This document shows, piece after piece, positions 29,024-37,347 of a stretch of DNA of 45,550 nucleotides. The notes below the pieces were generated by a model. It was not told the origin of the DNA. It ran no database searches and saw nothing but the letters and a program-made list of their open reading frames with translations. This stretch comes from Promethearchaeota archaeon. Its GTDB lineage: Archaea; Asgardarchaeota; Lokiarchaeia; Sigyniarchaeales; SOKP01. The position numbers and the translations under genes were made by a program. The stretch is from contig JAEOTZ010000065.1 in assembly GCA_016839585.1 (NCBI GenBank), positions 1 through 45,550 of the forward strand. Reading direction: 5' to 3'. Within the stretch, counting starts at the first letter, position 1. Each line of letters starts with the position of its first letter.

Positions 29024-29557
29024 ATGGAACATAAAGGATTTACATTATGGTTTACCGGACTCCCATGTTCCGGAAAAACTGTTCTTGCTAACGCTATAGC
29101 AGATGAATTAAGAAAAAAAGGAATGAAAGTAGAACGACTTGATGGTGATATAGTTAGAAAGAATTTAACAAGAGATTTGGGATTTTCTGAGGAAGACCGA
29201 AATATGAATATTGAGAGAGTAACATTTGTTGCTAAATTATTAACTCGTAATGGGGTTGCTGTACTCGCGTCATTCGTATCACCATACAATAAGATTAGAG
29301 CGTATTCACGAAAGGAAATTGGAGAGTATATTCTCGTCTATGTAAAATGCTCTCTTGAGGAATGTGAAAAAAGGGATATAAAAGGGATGTATTCAAAAGC
29401 TAGAGCTGGAGAAATAAAAGCTTTCACTGGTATTGATCATCCTTTCGAAGAACCTGATACAGCTGATATAGTGGTTGAAACAGATAAACAAACAGTTGAA
29501 GAAAGTAAGCAAATTATTTTAAAAGCTTTAGATAAAATGGGATATTTGCCAAATTAA
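29024..29557 (+). CDS. cysC: Adenylyl-sulfate (APS) kinase
   Basis: WFTGLPCSGKT, LDGD.VR, DLGFS.EDR, RD.KGMY.KARAGEI and FTGID.PFE.P motifs. Confidence 0.98.
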   Translation: MEHKGFTLWFTGLPCSGKTVLANAIADELRKKGMKVERLDGDIVRKNLTRDLGFSEEDRNMNIERVTFVAKLLTRNGVAVLASFVSPYNKIRAYSRKEIGEYILVYVKCSLEECEKRDIKGMYSKARAGEIKAFTGIDHPFEEPDTADIVVETDKQTVEESKQIILKALDKMGYLPN

Positions 29558-29571
29558 AATTGAATCCCTTT

Positions 29572-30504
29572 TTAATTTATTTTTATTAATTCTATTATTT
29601 TTTCTTTAATATTTTTCACATTTAAAGAATAAGCATTTAATAAAAGTTCTCTTATCCCTGATTCCCCAAATGAATTATCTATGCCAATAAATTTCATAGG
29701 AAGAGGATTATTTTCAGATATAATTCTTGCTAATATACTACCTACACCACAATATATATTGTGTTCTTCTATAACAACAACCCCCTTTGTGTTTTTTATT
29801 TCATTAATCAATTTATTTTTTTTAATTGGCTTAATACTTGGAAGATTAATTACTTTTATAGAAATTTTTAGTGTTTTTTGGATTTCTAAAGCAGATTCTA
29901 AAGCTAATATACTACCATAACCAGTTCCAATTAAACAAATATCATCACCTTCTTTTAAGATATCAGGTTTACCTATTGAAAATTGATAATTCTCATCATG
30001 AATGGTAGGAAAAGCACCTCTTGGTAATCTGATATAAATAGGTCCATCTTTATTAAATGTATATTCTAATATTTTAATAAGTTCAATATTATCTGAAGGT
30101 ATCAAAACTGTCAAATTTGGAAGAGTTGACATTAGGCTTAAATCTTCTAGTGCATTATGAGTACTTCCATCTTTACCTACAATTCCTCCATGTGTAGTTA
30201 TAATCTTAATATTTAAATTATCATGACAAGCAAATCTTATAAATTCCCATGCTCTCCCAGTTGTAAATATACTGAAACCACTAACTACTGGAATTTTTCC
30301 GGAGATTGCAAGCCCTAAAGCTGTACCAACCATGTTCTGTTCAGCGACGCCCATATTGAAAAATCTATCTGGAAATTCTTTAGCAAATTTAAAAGTCCTA
30401 GTAGAGGAAGAGAGATCAGCATCTAAAACTACAATATTATTGTTTACTTTTCCCATATCAACTAAAAAATTTCCAAAAGTATCTCTAAGATCAGTTTCTG
30501 GCAT
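29572..30504 (-). CDS. tkt: Transketolase, C-terminal (pyrimidine-binding) subunit
   Basis: LDADL..ST, RFFNMGVAEQNM, DGSTH, GPIYIRL and IEEH...G.GS motifs. Confidence 0.95.
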   Translation of the reverse strand: MPETDLRDTFGNFLVDMGKVNNNIVVLDADLSSSTRTFKFAKEFPDRFFNMGVAEQNMVGTALGLAISGKIPVVSGFSIFTTGRAWEFIRFACHDNLNIKIITTHGGIVGKDGSTHNALEDLSLMSTLPNLTVLIPSDNIELIKILEYTFNKDGPIYIRLPRGAFPTIHDENYQFSIGKPDILKEGDDICLIGTGYGSILALESALEIQKTLKISIKVINLPSIKPIKKNKLINEIKNTKGVVVIEEHNIYCGVGSILARIISENNPLPMKFIGIDNSFGESGIRELLLNAYSLNVKNIKEKIIELIKIN

Positions 30505-30517
30505 CTGATGCTAAACC

Positions 30518-31375
30518 TCAAACTATACTTCTTTCAATTTCTTCAAGTTCTTTTAGAGCTTTTTCATATTCTGTTTTATTTGGTGCACGTCCATGATATT
30601 TTCGAGTATGTTGCATGAAAGAAACATCTGCACCTTTTATTAAATAAGAGATAATTACTTTGGGCTTGCCTATAAATTGTTTAACTCTCTCAAAACCTTT
30701 TATCATTTCATTTAGATTTGAACCATTAATATCAATTACTCCCCATCCAAAGGCTTTCCATTTATCAGCTAACGGTTCTAAACCCATTATTTCTTCGGTT
30801 GAACCATCTATTTGTATTCCATTTCGATCGACTATAGCAATTAAATTATCTAATTTATAATGGCTCCCAGCTAAGGCTGCTTCCCAAATAGCTCCTTCAT
30901 CTAATTCACCGTCTCCTAATAATACATAAATATTTTTTGGTTCATTATCTAGTTTCGCAGCTAAAGCACAACCAACGCCAATGGATAATCCCATACCTAA
31001 TGAGCCTGTTGAAACCTCGATTCCAAATTTTGGATTCTTTACAGGATGCCCCTGTAAGTTTGAGCCAAAATCTCTTAAAGTAAACAATTCATCTCTTTTT
31101 ATAAAACCAATTTTAGATAAAACTGCGTATAAAGCAGGTGCTGCATGCCCTTTACTTAGAATAAAGATATCTCTTTCGCTCCATTGAGGATTTTCTCGAT
31201 TAATTTTCATAATGTTATTATAAAGAAGATAAATTATATTAGCACAAGAAAGCGAACCACCTGGATGACCTGATTGAGCCTGATATATCATCTTTATAAT
31301 ATCTTTCTTAATTGCTAGAATATCGATTAAAAGCTTTTTTTCAACTGTTTTAGATAACTCCATCCTTATACCCAA
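30518..31375 (-). CDS. tkt: Transketolase, N-terminal (TPP-binding) subunit
   Basis: SGHPGGSLS, LSKGHAAPALY, LQGHP, STGSLGMG and GDGELDEG.IWEA motifs. Confidence 0.96.
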   Translation of the reverse strand: MGIRMELSKTVEKKLLIDILAIKKDIIKMIYQAQSGHPGGSLSCANIIYLLYNNIMKINRENPQWSERDIFILSKGHAAPALYAVLSKIGFIKRDELFTLRDFGSNLQGHPVKNPKFGIEVSTGSLGMGLSIGVGCALAAKLDNEPKNIYVLLGDGELDEGAIWEAALAGSHYKLDNLIAIVDRNGIQIDGSTEEIMGLEPLADKWKAFGWGVIDINGSNLNEMIKGFERVKQFIGKPKVIISYLIKGADVSFMQHTRKYHGRAPNKTEYEKALKELEEIERSIV

Positions 31376-31384
31376 ATAATAAAT

Positions 31385-32383
31385 TTATTTATCTTCTAAA
31401 GAAGTTAAAATGTAATTTTTCAGTTTATCTGCATTATAAAATTCTACTGGTGGTAAAGAAGCAGTAAGAGCAGCTGCATAAAGAGCTAATTTTGCAGCAT
31501 CAACTATAGAAATATCTGATGCGAAAGATAATCCTAAAGTAGCCATTATCACACTTCCAACTGCTACAAAACTTCTAGCAGGTTGTTTTAAAATAGGAAA
31601 AATTTTCTCTACTTTTTCATAATCTTGAGAAAAAAGATATGATTCAGTTTCTAAATAATTTAATAAAACAGATTTACATTTAGATAAACTTAAAATTCTC
31701 TTCCCAACTATGGAAACACTTGTTTCATTACAACAATCAATTGAAAAAGTTTGTAGTGCCTTTTGTAAGTTTATTTTTATTAAATCTACATTTTCATAAA
31801 GATAATAATTTGAGGTATTGGGACGCACAATAATAGGAATACTCTTATATGTTTTTCTTAATTTAGCTAATAAATTTTGAATAAAAAGATCACTAAATAA
31901 ACCTCCCGTACCATAATCTAAAATCAAGGTTGAGTCAATGTCCTTAGATCTTGTTTCTATTATCTTAAAGAATTTTTCTATTATTGATTCATAGATATCT
32001 ATATTATAATCTGTCTCCAAACGTAATAGATGTTGGTTCATTGCTTTTAAACGAGTGATTTGAGGGGTATTTATACTTTCATCCATTAGGATGCCAGATG
32101 AATCAATGTTTAACTTTTTAATTGCTTTTAAAAAGAAATCTCCTTCAAAGTCGTTGCCGATTACAGTGCACACTTCAGGAATGCCACCTAAAGATTTGAT
32201 ATATTGTAAAACCAATCCTATTCCTCCTATATAGGATGAACTATTTTCTATCTTTATATTTGGAACTGGAGCATCAGGAGAAATTCGATCAGCAAAACCT
32301 ATAATATATTTATCTACTAAAGCTTCTCCAATTATTAAAATCTTCTTCTGTTTCCATTCTTTTATGTTATCAACAAGAGTCAT
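31385..32383 (-). CDS. HldE/RfaE domain-I-like PfkB-fold protein, apparently catalytically degenerate
   Basis: KILIIGE..VDKYI.G...RISPDAPVP, QHLLRLE and LDYG.G motifs match HldE kinases, but the DxTGAGD signature reads SFVAVGS. Confidence 0.8.
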   Translation of the reverse strand: MTLVDNIKEWKQKKILIIGEALVDKYIIGFADRISPDAPVPNIKIENSSSYIGGIGLVLQYIKSLGGIPEVCTVIGNDFEGDFFLKAIKKLNIDSSGILMDESINTPQITRLKAMNQHLLRLETDYNIDIYESIIEKFFKIIETRSKDIDSTLILDYGTGGLFSDLFIQNLLAKLRKTYKSIPIIVRPNTSNYYLYENVDLIKINLQKALQTFSIDCCNETSVSIVGKRILSLSKCKSVLLNYLETESYLFSQDYEKVEKIFPILKQPARSFVAVGSVIMATLGLSFASDISIVDAAKLALYAAALTASLPPVEFYNADKLKNYILTSLEDK

Positions 32384-32392
32384 ATTACATTT

Positions 32393-33049
32393 TTAACTTT
32401 TTAATTGATTTTTTAATTTCTCCCAATCATCAAGGAAGGCTTTTAATCCTTTTTCAGTATTTGGATGGACAAACATCTTTTCTAAGACAGCAAATGGAAT
32501 AGTTGCTATATGAACTCCCATTTTAGCTGCTTCAATTACATGTCGAGCATTTCTTACAGACGCTACTATTATTTCAGACTTAAAATCATAAGCATTAATG
32601 ATTTGCATTGATTCCCATAACATATCGATCTCATCCTGTCCGTTGTCCATTAATCTTCCAATAAAAGGGCTAATATAGGAAGCTCCTGCCTTGGCTGCTA
32701 TTAAAATTTGATTCTGAGAAAAGACTAGAGTAACATTAGTATTAATTCCTTCAGATTCCAAAATTTTAACCGCTTTTATTCCCTCTTTTGTCATAGGAAT
32801 TTTAATTACAATATTTGGAGCAATTTTAGCTAATTCACGTGCTTCTTTAACCATTTCTTCTGTTTTTAAACCTATAACTTCAGCACTGACTGGCCCATCA
32901 ACAATTTCACAAATTTTTTTCAATTGTTCTATAGGTTCAGCACCTTCTTTTGAAAGTAACGTTGGGTTTGTTGTTACCCCATCAATTATGCCTAAATCTT
33001 GCATTTCTTTAATCTGTTTTAAATTTGCTGTATCTATAAAGAATTTCAT
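32393..33049 (-). CDS. tal: Transaldolase (short TalC/FSA family)
   Basis: FFIDTA, GVTTNP, IKIP and NVTL.FS motifs. SAEV (Glu) and SPFIGR (Phe) are the transaldolase-type residues rather than the FSA-type Gln/Tyr. Confidence 0.93.
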   Translation of the reverse strand: MKFFIDTANLKQIKEMQDLGIIDGVTTNPTLLSKEGAEPIEQLKKICEIVDGPVSAEVIGLKTEEMVKEARELAKIAPNIVIKIPMTKEGIKAVKILESEGINTNVTLVFSQNQILIAAKAGASYISPFIGRLMDNGQDEIDMLWESMQIINAYDFKSEIIVASVRNARHVIEAAKMGVHIATIPFAVLEKMFVHPNTEKGLKAFLDDWEKLKNQLKS

Positions 33050-33100
33050 AATTTTTACAAGAATTTACATTTTTTTAATAGATTATAATAATGAATTTAA

Positions 33101-33649
33101 TTAAAAATTTTTAGCAAATTCTAACAAATTTTCAAAAACATAATCTGGTTTAATGGAGATCATTTTTTTACGTTCTTCCAAACCATAACCTGTTAATACT
33201 AAAACAGTCTTACAATTTGCAGCTATACCTGTTTCAATATCAGAAAGGGTATCTCCAACCATATATGAGGTTTGCAAATCTATATTATATTCTCTTTGGG
33301 CTTTTAGTATCATACCTGGTTTAGGTTTTCTACAATTACATTCACCTGTGAAATCTGGATGATGCGGGCAATAAAAAATGTCATCTAAAATAATATCATT
33401 TTGATTTAGAATTCTTCTCATTTTATTATGGATTTGATTAAGAATCTCTTCCGAAAAAAGGCTACGAGCTATTCCTGCTTGATTTGTTATAACTATCAAA
33501 AGAAATCCCTTTTGTTTTAAAATCTTAAGGGCTTCTATAGAACCTGGAATAAATTCAAATTGAGCTGGATTTGATAAATGATTTACTTCCTTGTTTATAA
33601 CACCATCTCTATCCAAAAAAATCGCACGTTTTTTATTAGTCATACTCAT
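33101..33649 (-). CDS. gmhB: D-glycero-D-manno-heptose 1,7-bisphosphate phosphatase
   Basis: FLDRDGVIN, TNQAGI, CPHHP...CNCRKPKPGM and MVGD...D motifs. Confidence 0.95.
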   Translation of the reverse strand: MSMTNKKRAIFLDRDGVINKEVNHLSNPAQFEFIPGSIEALKILKQKGFLLIVITNQAGIARSLFSEEILNQIHNKMRRILNQNDIILDDIFYCPHHPDFTGECNCRKPKPGMILKAQREYNIDLQTSYMVGDTLSDIETGIAANCKTVLVLTGYGLEERKKMISIKPDYVFENLLEFAKNF

Positions 33650-34271
33650 CTGAATTCTTTAAAGCATGAATTATAGTATTTGGATCTTTTGCTTTTAAAA
33701 TTGTGCTAGCACTACTTAAAATATCTGTATTCTTTAACTTCTTTGCATTTTCAAGGTTTATTCCACCATCAACATCAATTTTAAAGTTAAATTTGTTCTT
33801 ATATTCCGCTAAAGTATTTATTTTTTCAACAGTCTTTTCTATAAATTTCTGACCTGACCATCCTGGAAACACAGACATTACTAACACAATATCTATTTTA
33901 TCTAGATATGGTACAATTTCTGATATTTTTGTATTAGGGTTTATTGCGATTCCTACTTTTTTATTCTTTGCCTTTACTTCCCTGATGATTGCTAATTTAT
34001 CCTCATCATTTTCAAAATGAAAAATAAAATAATCAACAGAATCTATGATCATATTAATATAGTTAATTGTGTTAATAACCATCAAGTGAGCTATTATTGG
34101 TGTTTTGTAATTTTCGCTTAATACTTTAAAAGCATCCAAATTGGTATTAGTATTGTTGATAAATTTACCATCCATTACATCCACGTGTATATAATCAAGA
34201 CCCTTCAATCCATTTAAAATTAAAGGATCAAAATTGTCTTTTGCGTGAATTGAAACAGCAACTTCTTTCAT
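33636..34271 (-). CDS. rpe: Ribulose-phosphate 3-epimerase
   Basis: HVDVMDGKF, HLM, MSV.PG..GQKF and VDGGIN motifs. Confidence 0.92.
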   Translation of the reverse strand: MKEVAVSIHAKDNFDPLILNGLKGLDYIHVDVMDGKFINNTNTNLDAFKVLSENYKTPIIAHLMVINTINYINMIIDSVDYFIFHFENDEDKLAIIREVKAKNKKVGIAINPNTKISEIVPYLDKIDIVLVMSVFPGWSGQKFIEKTVEKINTLAEYKNKFNFKIDVDGGINLENAKKLKNTDILSSASTILKAKDPNTIIHALKNSDEYD

Positions 34272-34277
34272 AACAAA

Positions 34278-34853
34278 TTATCCAAATAGTTCTTTTTCAA
34301 CTAAATAACAAATTATATGTCCTACGGTAATATGTCCTTCTTGGATCCTAGGAGTATCCGTTGAAGGAATTTTAAGACAATAATCTGCTATTTGTTCGAT
34401 TTTATTTTCTTTTTGTCCAGTAAACCCAATAGTAATTGCCCCTTTTTCTTTTGCTTTTGCTAAACCTTTTATTACATTTGGAGAATTTCCTGAAGTACTT
34501 AATCCAATAGCAATATCACCCTCTTCCACAAATGAAGATACTTGTCTCTCGAAAATTATATCATAACCATAATCGTTTGCTGTTGCAGTAATAACAGATG
34601 TATTAGTATGAAATGCTAAAGAGGGAAGTGAAGCACGATCTTTATAAAATTTTCCTACAAATTCTGCCGCGATATGTTGAGCATCTGCTGCACTTCCACC
34701 GTTACCAAAAAGAACAACTTTTTTCTTATTTCTATACGCTTCTATAATTTCTTCAGAAATTTTTCTAATAAGAGGCGTTAATTCTTTAATTCCTTCCTTA
34801 ACTTTAATACTTTCACTCAATATTGAAATAATCTCATTTTCCATATTAATCAA
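34278..34853 (-). CDS. gmhA: Phosphoheptose (sedoheptulose-7-P) isomerase (likely start ATG 34844)
   Basis: GNGGSAADAQH, ANDYGY..IF.RQ, STSGNSPN and TPRIQEGH motifs. Confidence 0.97.
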   Translation of the reverse strand: MINMENEIISILSESIKVKEGIKELTPLIRKISEEIIEAYRNKKKVVLFGNGGSAADAQHIAAEFVGKFYKDRASLPSLAFHTNTSVITATANDYGYDIIFERQVSSFVEEGDIAIGLSTSGNSPNVIKGLAKAKEKGAITIGFTGQKENKIEQIADYCLKIPSTDTPRIQEGHITVGHIICYLVEKELFG

Positions 34854-34891
34854 TTTTTATTAATCTCTTTTTTATATTACATAAATTTTAA

Positions 34892-35905
34892 TTACTCTTT
34901 TAATTTCCAAACCTCTAATCCTTTTGGATTAAAGTGAAAATTAACTATTTTTCCTCCGATTTTTTCTAGTTCTTTTATTACTTCGAATTTTTTGTTAGGT
35001 TTAGAAAATAGCAATAAATGACCTCCACCTCCCGCACCTAGCAATTTACCTCCTAAAACACCATATTTTCTTGAAGTTAAATAAAAATTTTCGATATTTT
35101 TATTTGAAATTTTTGAACTTAAGCTTTTCTTTGCTAACCAACCTTTATGTAAAAATTCACCAAATTTATTTAATTGGCTTATATCTTTGGATTCAATAAT
35201 CTTTCTCATTGAATAAGCAACATCTTTTAGATCTTGCATGGCTTCCATAAAAGATTTTTTTTCAAATTTATAACCTTTTAAAACTTCATCTTGGATATTA
35301 GATGAGAAATGTGATCCTCCAACATAACAAAGGATCAAACTATATTGTAACTCATTTATCATCTCTTCTGTTGTTTTTATTGGTGATACTTTTATACCAT
35401 TAGAAAATTCAATGAAATTGAACCCACCATAAGCAGCAGCAAACTGATCTTGGTATCCTCCTTTTTGTTTTAATTCAACACGTTCTATATTACAAGCTTT
35501 TGATGCTATATCGTGTTTATTTAATTTTAAATTATAAAATTCATTAAACGCTCCTATAAGTGCCACACATAGTGAAGATGAGCCCCCCATACCAGATCCT
35601 GCTGGTAAGTCTGAATAAGTTGTAATATTGAACCCATCATTAATGTTTAAAACATTGATAACTCCTTTAAATAACTCAAAATCTTCAGTATAATCTTTAT
35701 CACCAACATCAAACAATATTTCCTTATTGTCATTAATTGAAAGAACTTGAACTTTATCATCATCTCTAGGCTCTATAGAGACACATATATAGCGGTCAAT
35801 AGTAGTACTAATAACGCAACCTCCATGTTCTGTACAATATGGAGGCATATCAGTACCTCCCCCCCCGAAGCTCACTCGAAATGGTGCTTTAGAACGAATA
35901 ATCAT
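34892..35905 (-). CDS. hddA: D-glycero-alpha-D-manno-heptose-7-phosphate kinase (GHMP family)
   Basis: SKAPFRVSFGGGGTD, P.GSGMGGSS, GG.QDQ.AAAYGG and GGKLLGAGGGG motifs; adjacent to gmhA. Confidence 0.92.
   Translation of the reverse strand: MIIRSKAPFRVSFGGGGTDMPPYCTEHGGCVISTTIDRYICVSIEPRDDDKVQVLSINDNKEILFDVGDKDYTEDFELFKGVINVLNINDGFNITTYSDLPAGSGMGGSSSLCVALIGAFNEFYNLKLNKHDIASKACNIERVELKQKGGYQDQFAAAYGGFNFIEFSNGIKVSPIKTTEEMINELQYSLILCYVGGSHFSSNIQDEVLKGYKFEKKSFMEAMQDLKDVAYSMRKIIESKDISQLNKFGEFLHKGWLAKKSLSSKISNKNIENFYLTSRKYGVLGGKLLGAGGGGHLLLFSKPNKKFEVIKELEKIGGKIVNFHFNPKGLEVWKLKE
35859..35866 (-). repeat. G8 homopolymer in the 5' coding region of hddA
   Basis: CCCCCCCC on the + strand; reads TTC GGG GGG GGA GGT (FGGGG) on the coding strand. 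Confidence 0.9.
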
Positions 35906-36123
35906 GATGGTTATGTCATTTTAATTTGAATTCTTAGATAAAATCTACAATTTATTATGGTTTAATTAATTGTTTATTAAAAAATCCTTTAAATTTTTTG
36001 GCTGTTTTTAAAAAATTAAAGCAATTCTTTAATTTTAATCTAAATTTAGATATGGATATACGTTCATGATATCTATTTTAAAAGAAAAGAGTTTGCTAAA
36101 ATAAAAATAACAGCAAAATATTA

Positions 36124-37191
36124 TTGATATTTACTATGGATAAAATAATCGTAACTGGAGCAAATGGTTTTTTAGGATCTAATTTAATAGATTTTTGTAT
36201 ACAAAAAGATTTTGAAATTTATGCCTTAGATAGACCTGATCAAACTTATAGAAATTTAGCTTATTATACTAATGGAAAGATATTTTTCTCAAGGAAAGAA
36301 AAACTAAAAATTTTTGGAGAAAATATTCAAATTCCAACTGATAATGAACAATTAAAAATTATAGAATGTGATGTAAAAAACTCAATTTTATTAGAAAAAA
36401 TAATTAAAGATGTTAAACCAAAATATATTTTTCACTTTGCGGCACAGCCTTTAGTCATACCCTCATGGGAAAATCCTGTAAATACCATAGAAATCAATGT
36501 TATTGGAACTTTAAATATCTTTGAACCTATTAAAAAATTTAAAATTAAGACTAGAATTATAGTTGCGTGTACTAGTGCTGAATACGGTACAACAACTAAA
36601 TTAAATCGCCCTTTAAAAGAAACTGATCCATTATTAGCAATTCATCCTTACGGAATTAGTAAAATAGCCACTGAACTCCTTGCTCGACAATATTATTTAA
36701 ATTTTGGAATAGAAATAATTAACTTAAGATTCTTTAATCAAACAGGTCCTAGAAAAGTGGGTGATGCATGTGCTGATTTTGTAAGTAAGGTTGCTAAAAT
36801 TGAATTAGGATTAATAGAACCTGTAATTGAAGTAGGAAATCTAAGTTCCTATCGGGACTTTACAGATATAAAAGATTCAATGAAGGCAATATGGTTAGCT
36901 GCTACAAAAGGAAAGCCGGGAGAAACATATAATGTTTGTTCAAATAGGAAAATTCAGATTCGTGAGATTTTAGATAAAGTATTAAGTCTTTCAAGTAAGA
37001 AAATTAAAGTAATTGAAAATGTCTCAAATAAATTGAGAAAGATTGATGAAGATGTCATTCTTGGAGATAATTCAAAAATAAAAGAGGAATTAGGTTGGGA
37101 GATTACAATATCTTTAGAAAACACTCTGAAAGATATGTTTAATTATTGGTGTGAATATTATAAAAAAGAAAGTGGAAGTAACTTTAATTGA
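36124..37191 (+). CDS. GMD/RMD-like SDR, probable NDP-4-keto-6-deoxysugar reductase or epimerase (likely start ATG 36136)
   Basis: VTGANGFLGS, HFAAQP, CTSAEYG, YGISK, FNQTGPR and GNL...RDFTD motifs; divergent from hddA. Confidence 0.8.
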   Translation: MIFTMDKIIVTGANGFLGSNLIDFCIQKDFEIYALDRPDQTYRNLAYYTNGKIFFSRKEKLKIFGENIQIPTDNEQLKIIECDVKNSILLEKIIKDVKPKYIFHFAAQPLVIPSWENPVNTIEINVIGTLNIFEPIKKFKIKTRIIVACTSAEYGTTTKLNRPLKETDPLLAIHPYGISKIATELLARQYYLNFGIEIINLRFFNQTGPRKVGDACADFVSKVAKIELGLIEPVIEVGNLSSYRDFTDIKDSMKAIWLAATKGKPGETYNVCSNRKIQIREILDKVLSLSSKKIKVIENVSNKLRKIDEDVILGDNSKIKEELGWEITISLENTLKDMFNYWCEYYKKESGSNFN

Positions 37192-37347
37192 TAGTTCTTT
37201 AGCTAAAAAGAATTCTTAATAGATGATCTAAATCCGATTTAAGTATACTTATTCAATATATCTCTCTTAATAACAAGATAGAATTAGATTCAACAAATAG
37301 TATAGAATAAAAAAAGTTTTTAATTAGGATTATACTTTTTACCTGCT

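Noticed and set aside
26421-29557. Dissimilatory or assimilatory sulfate reduction
   Set aside because: No aprAB, dsrAB, cysH or sulfite reductase is in the window; such genes elsewhere in the genome cannot be excluded.
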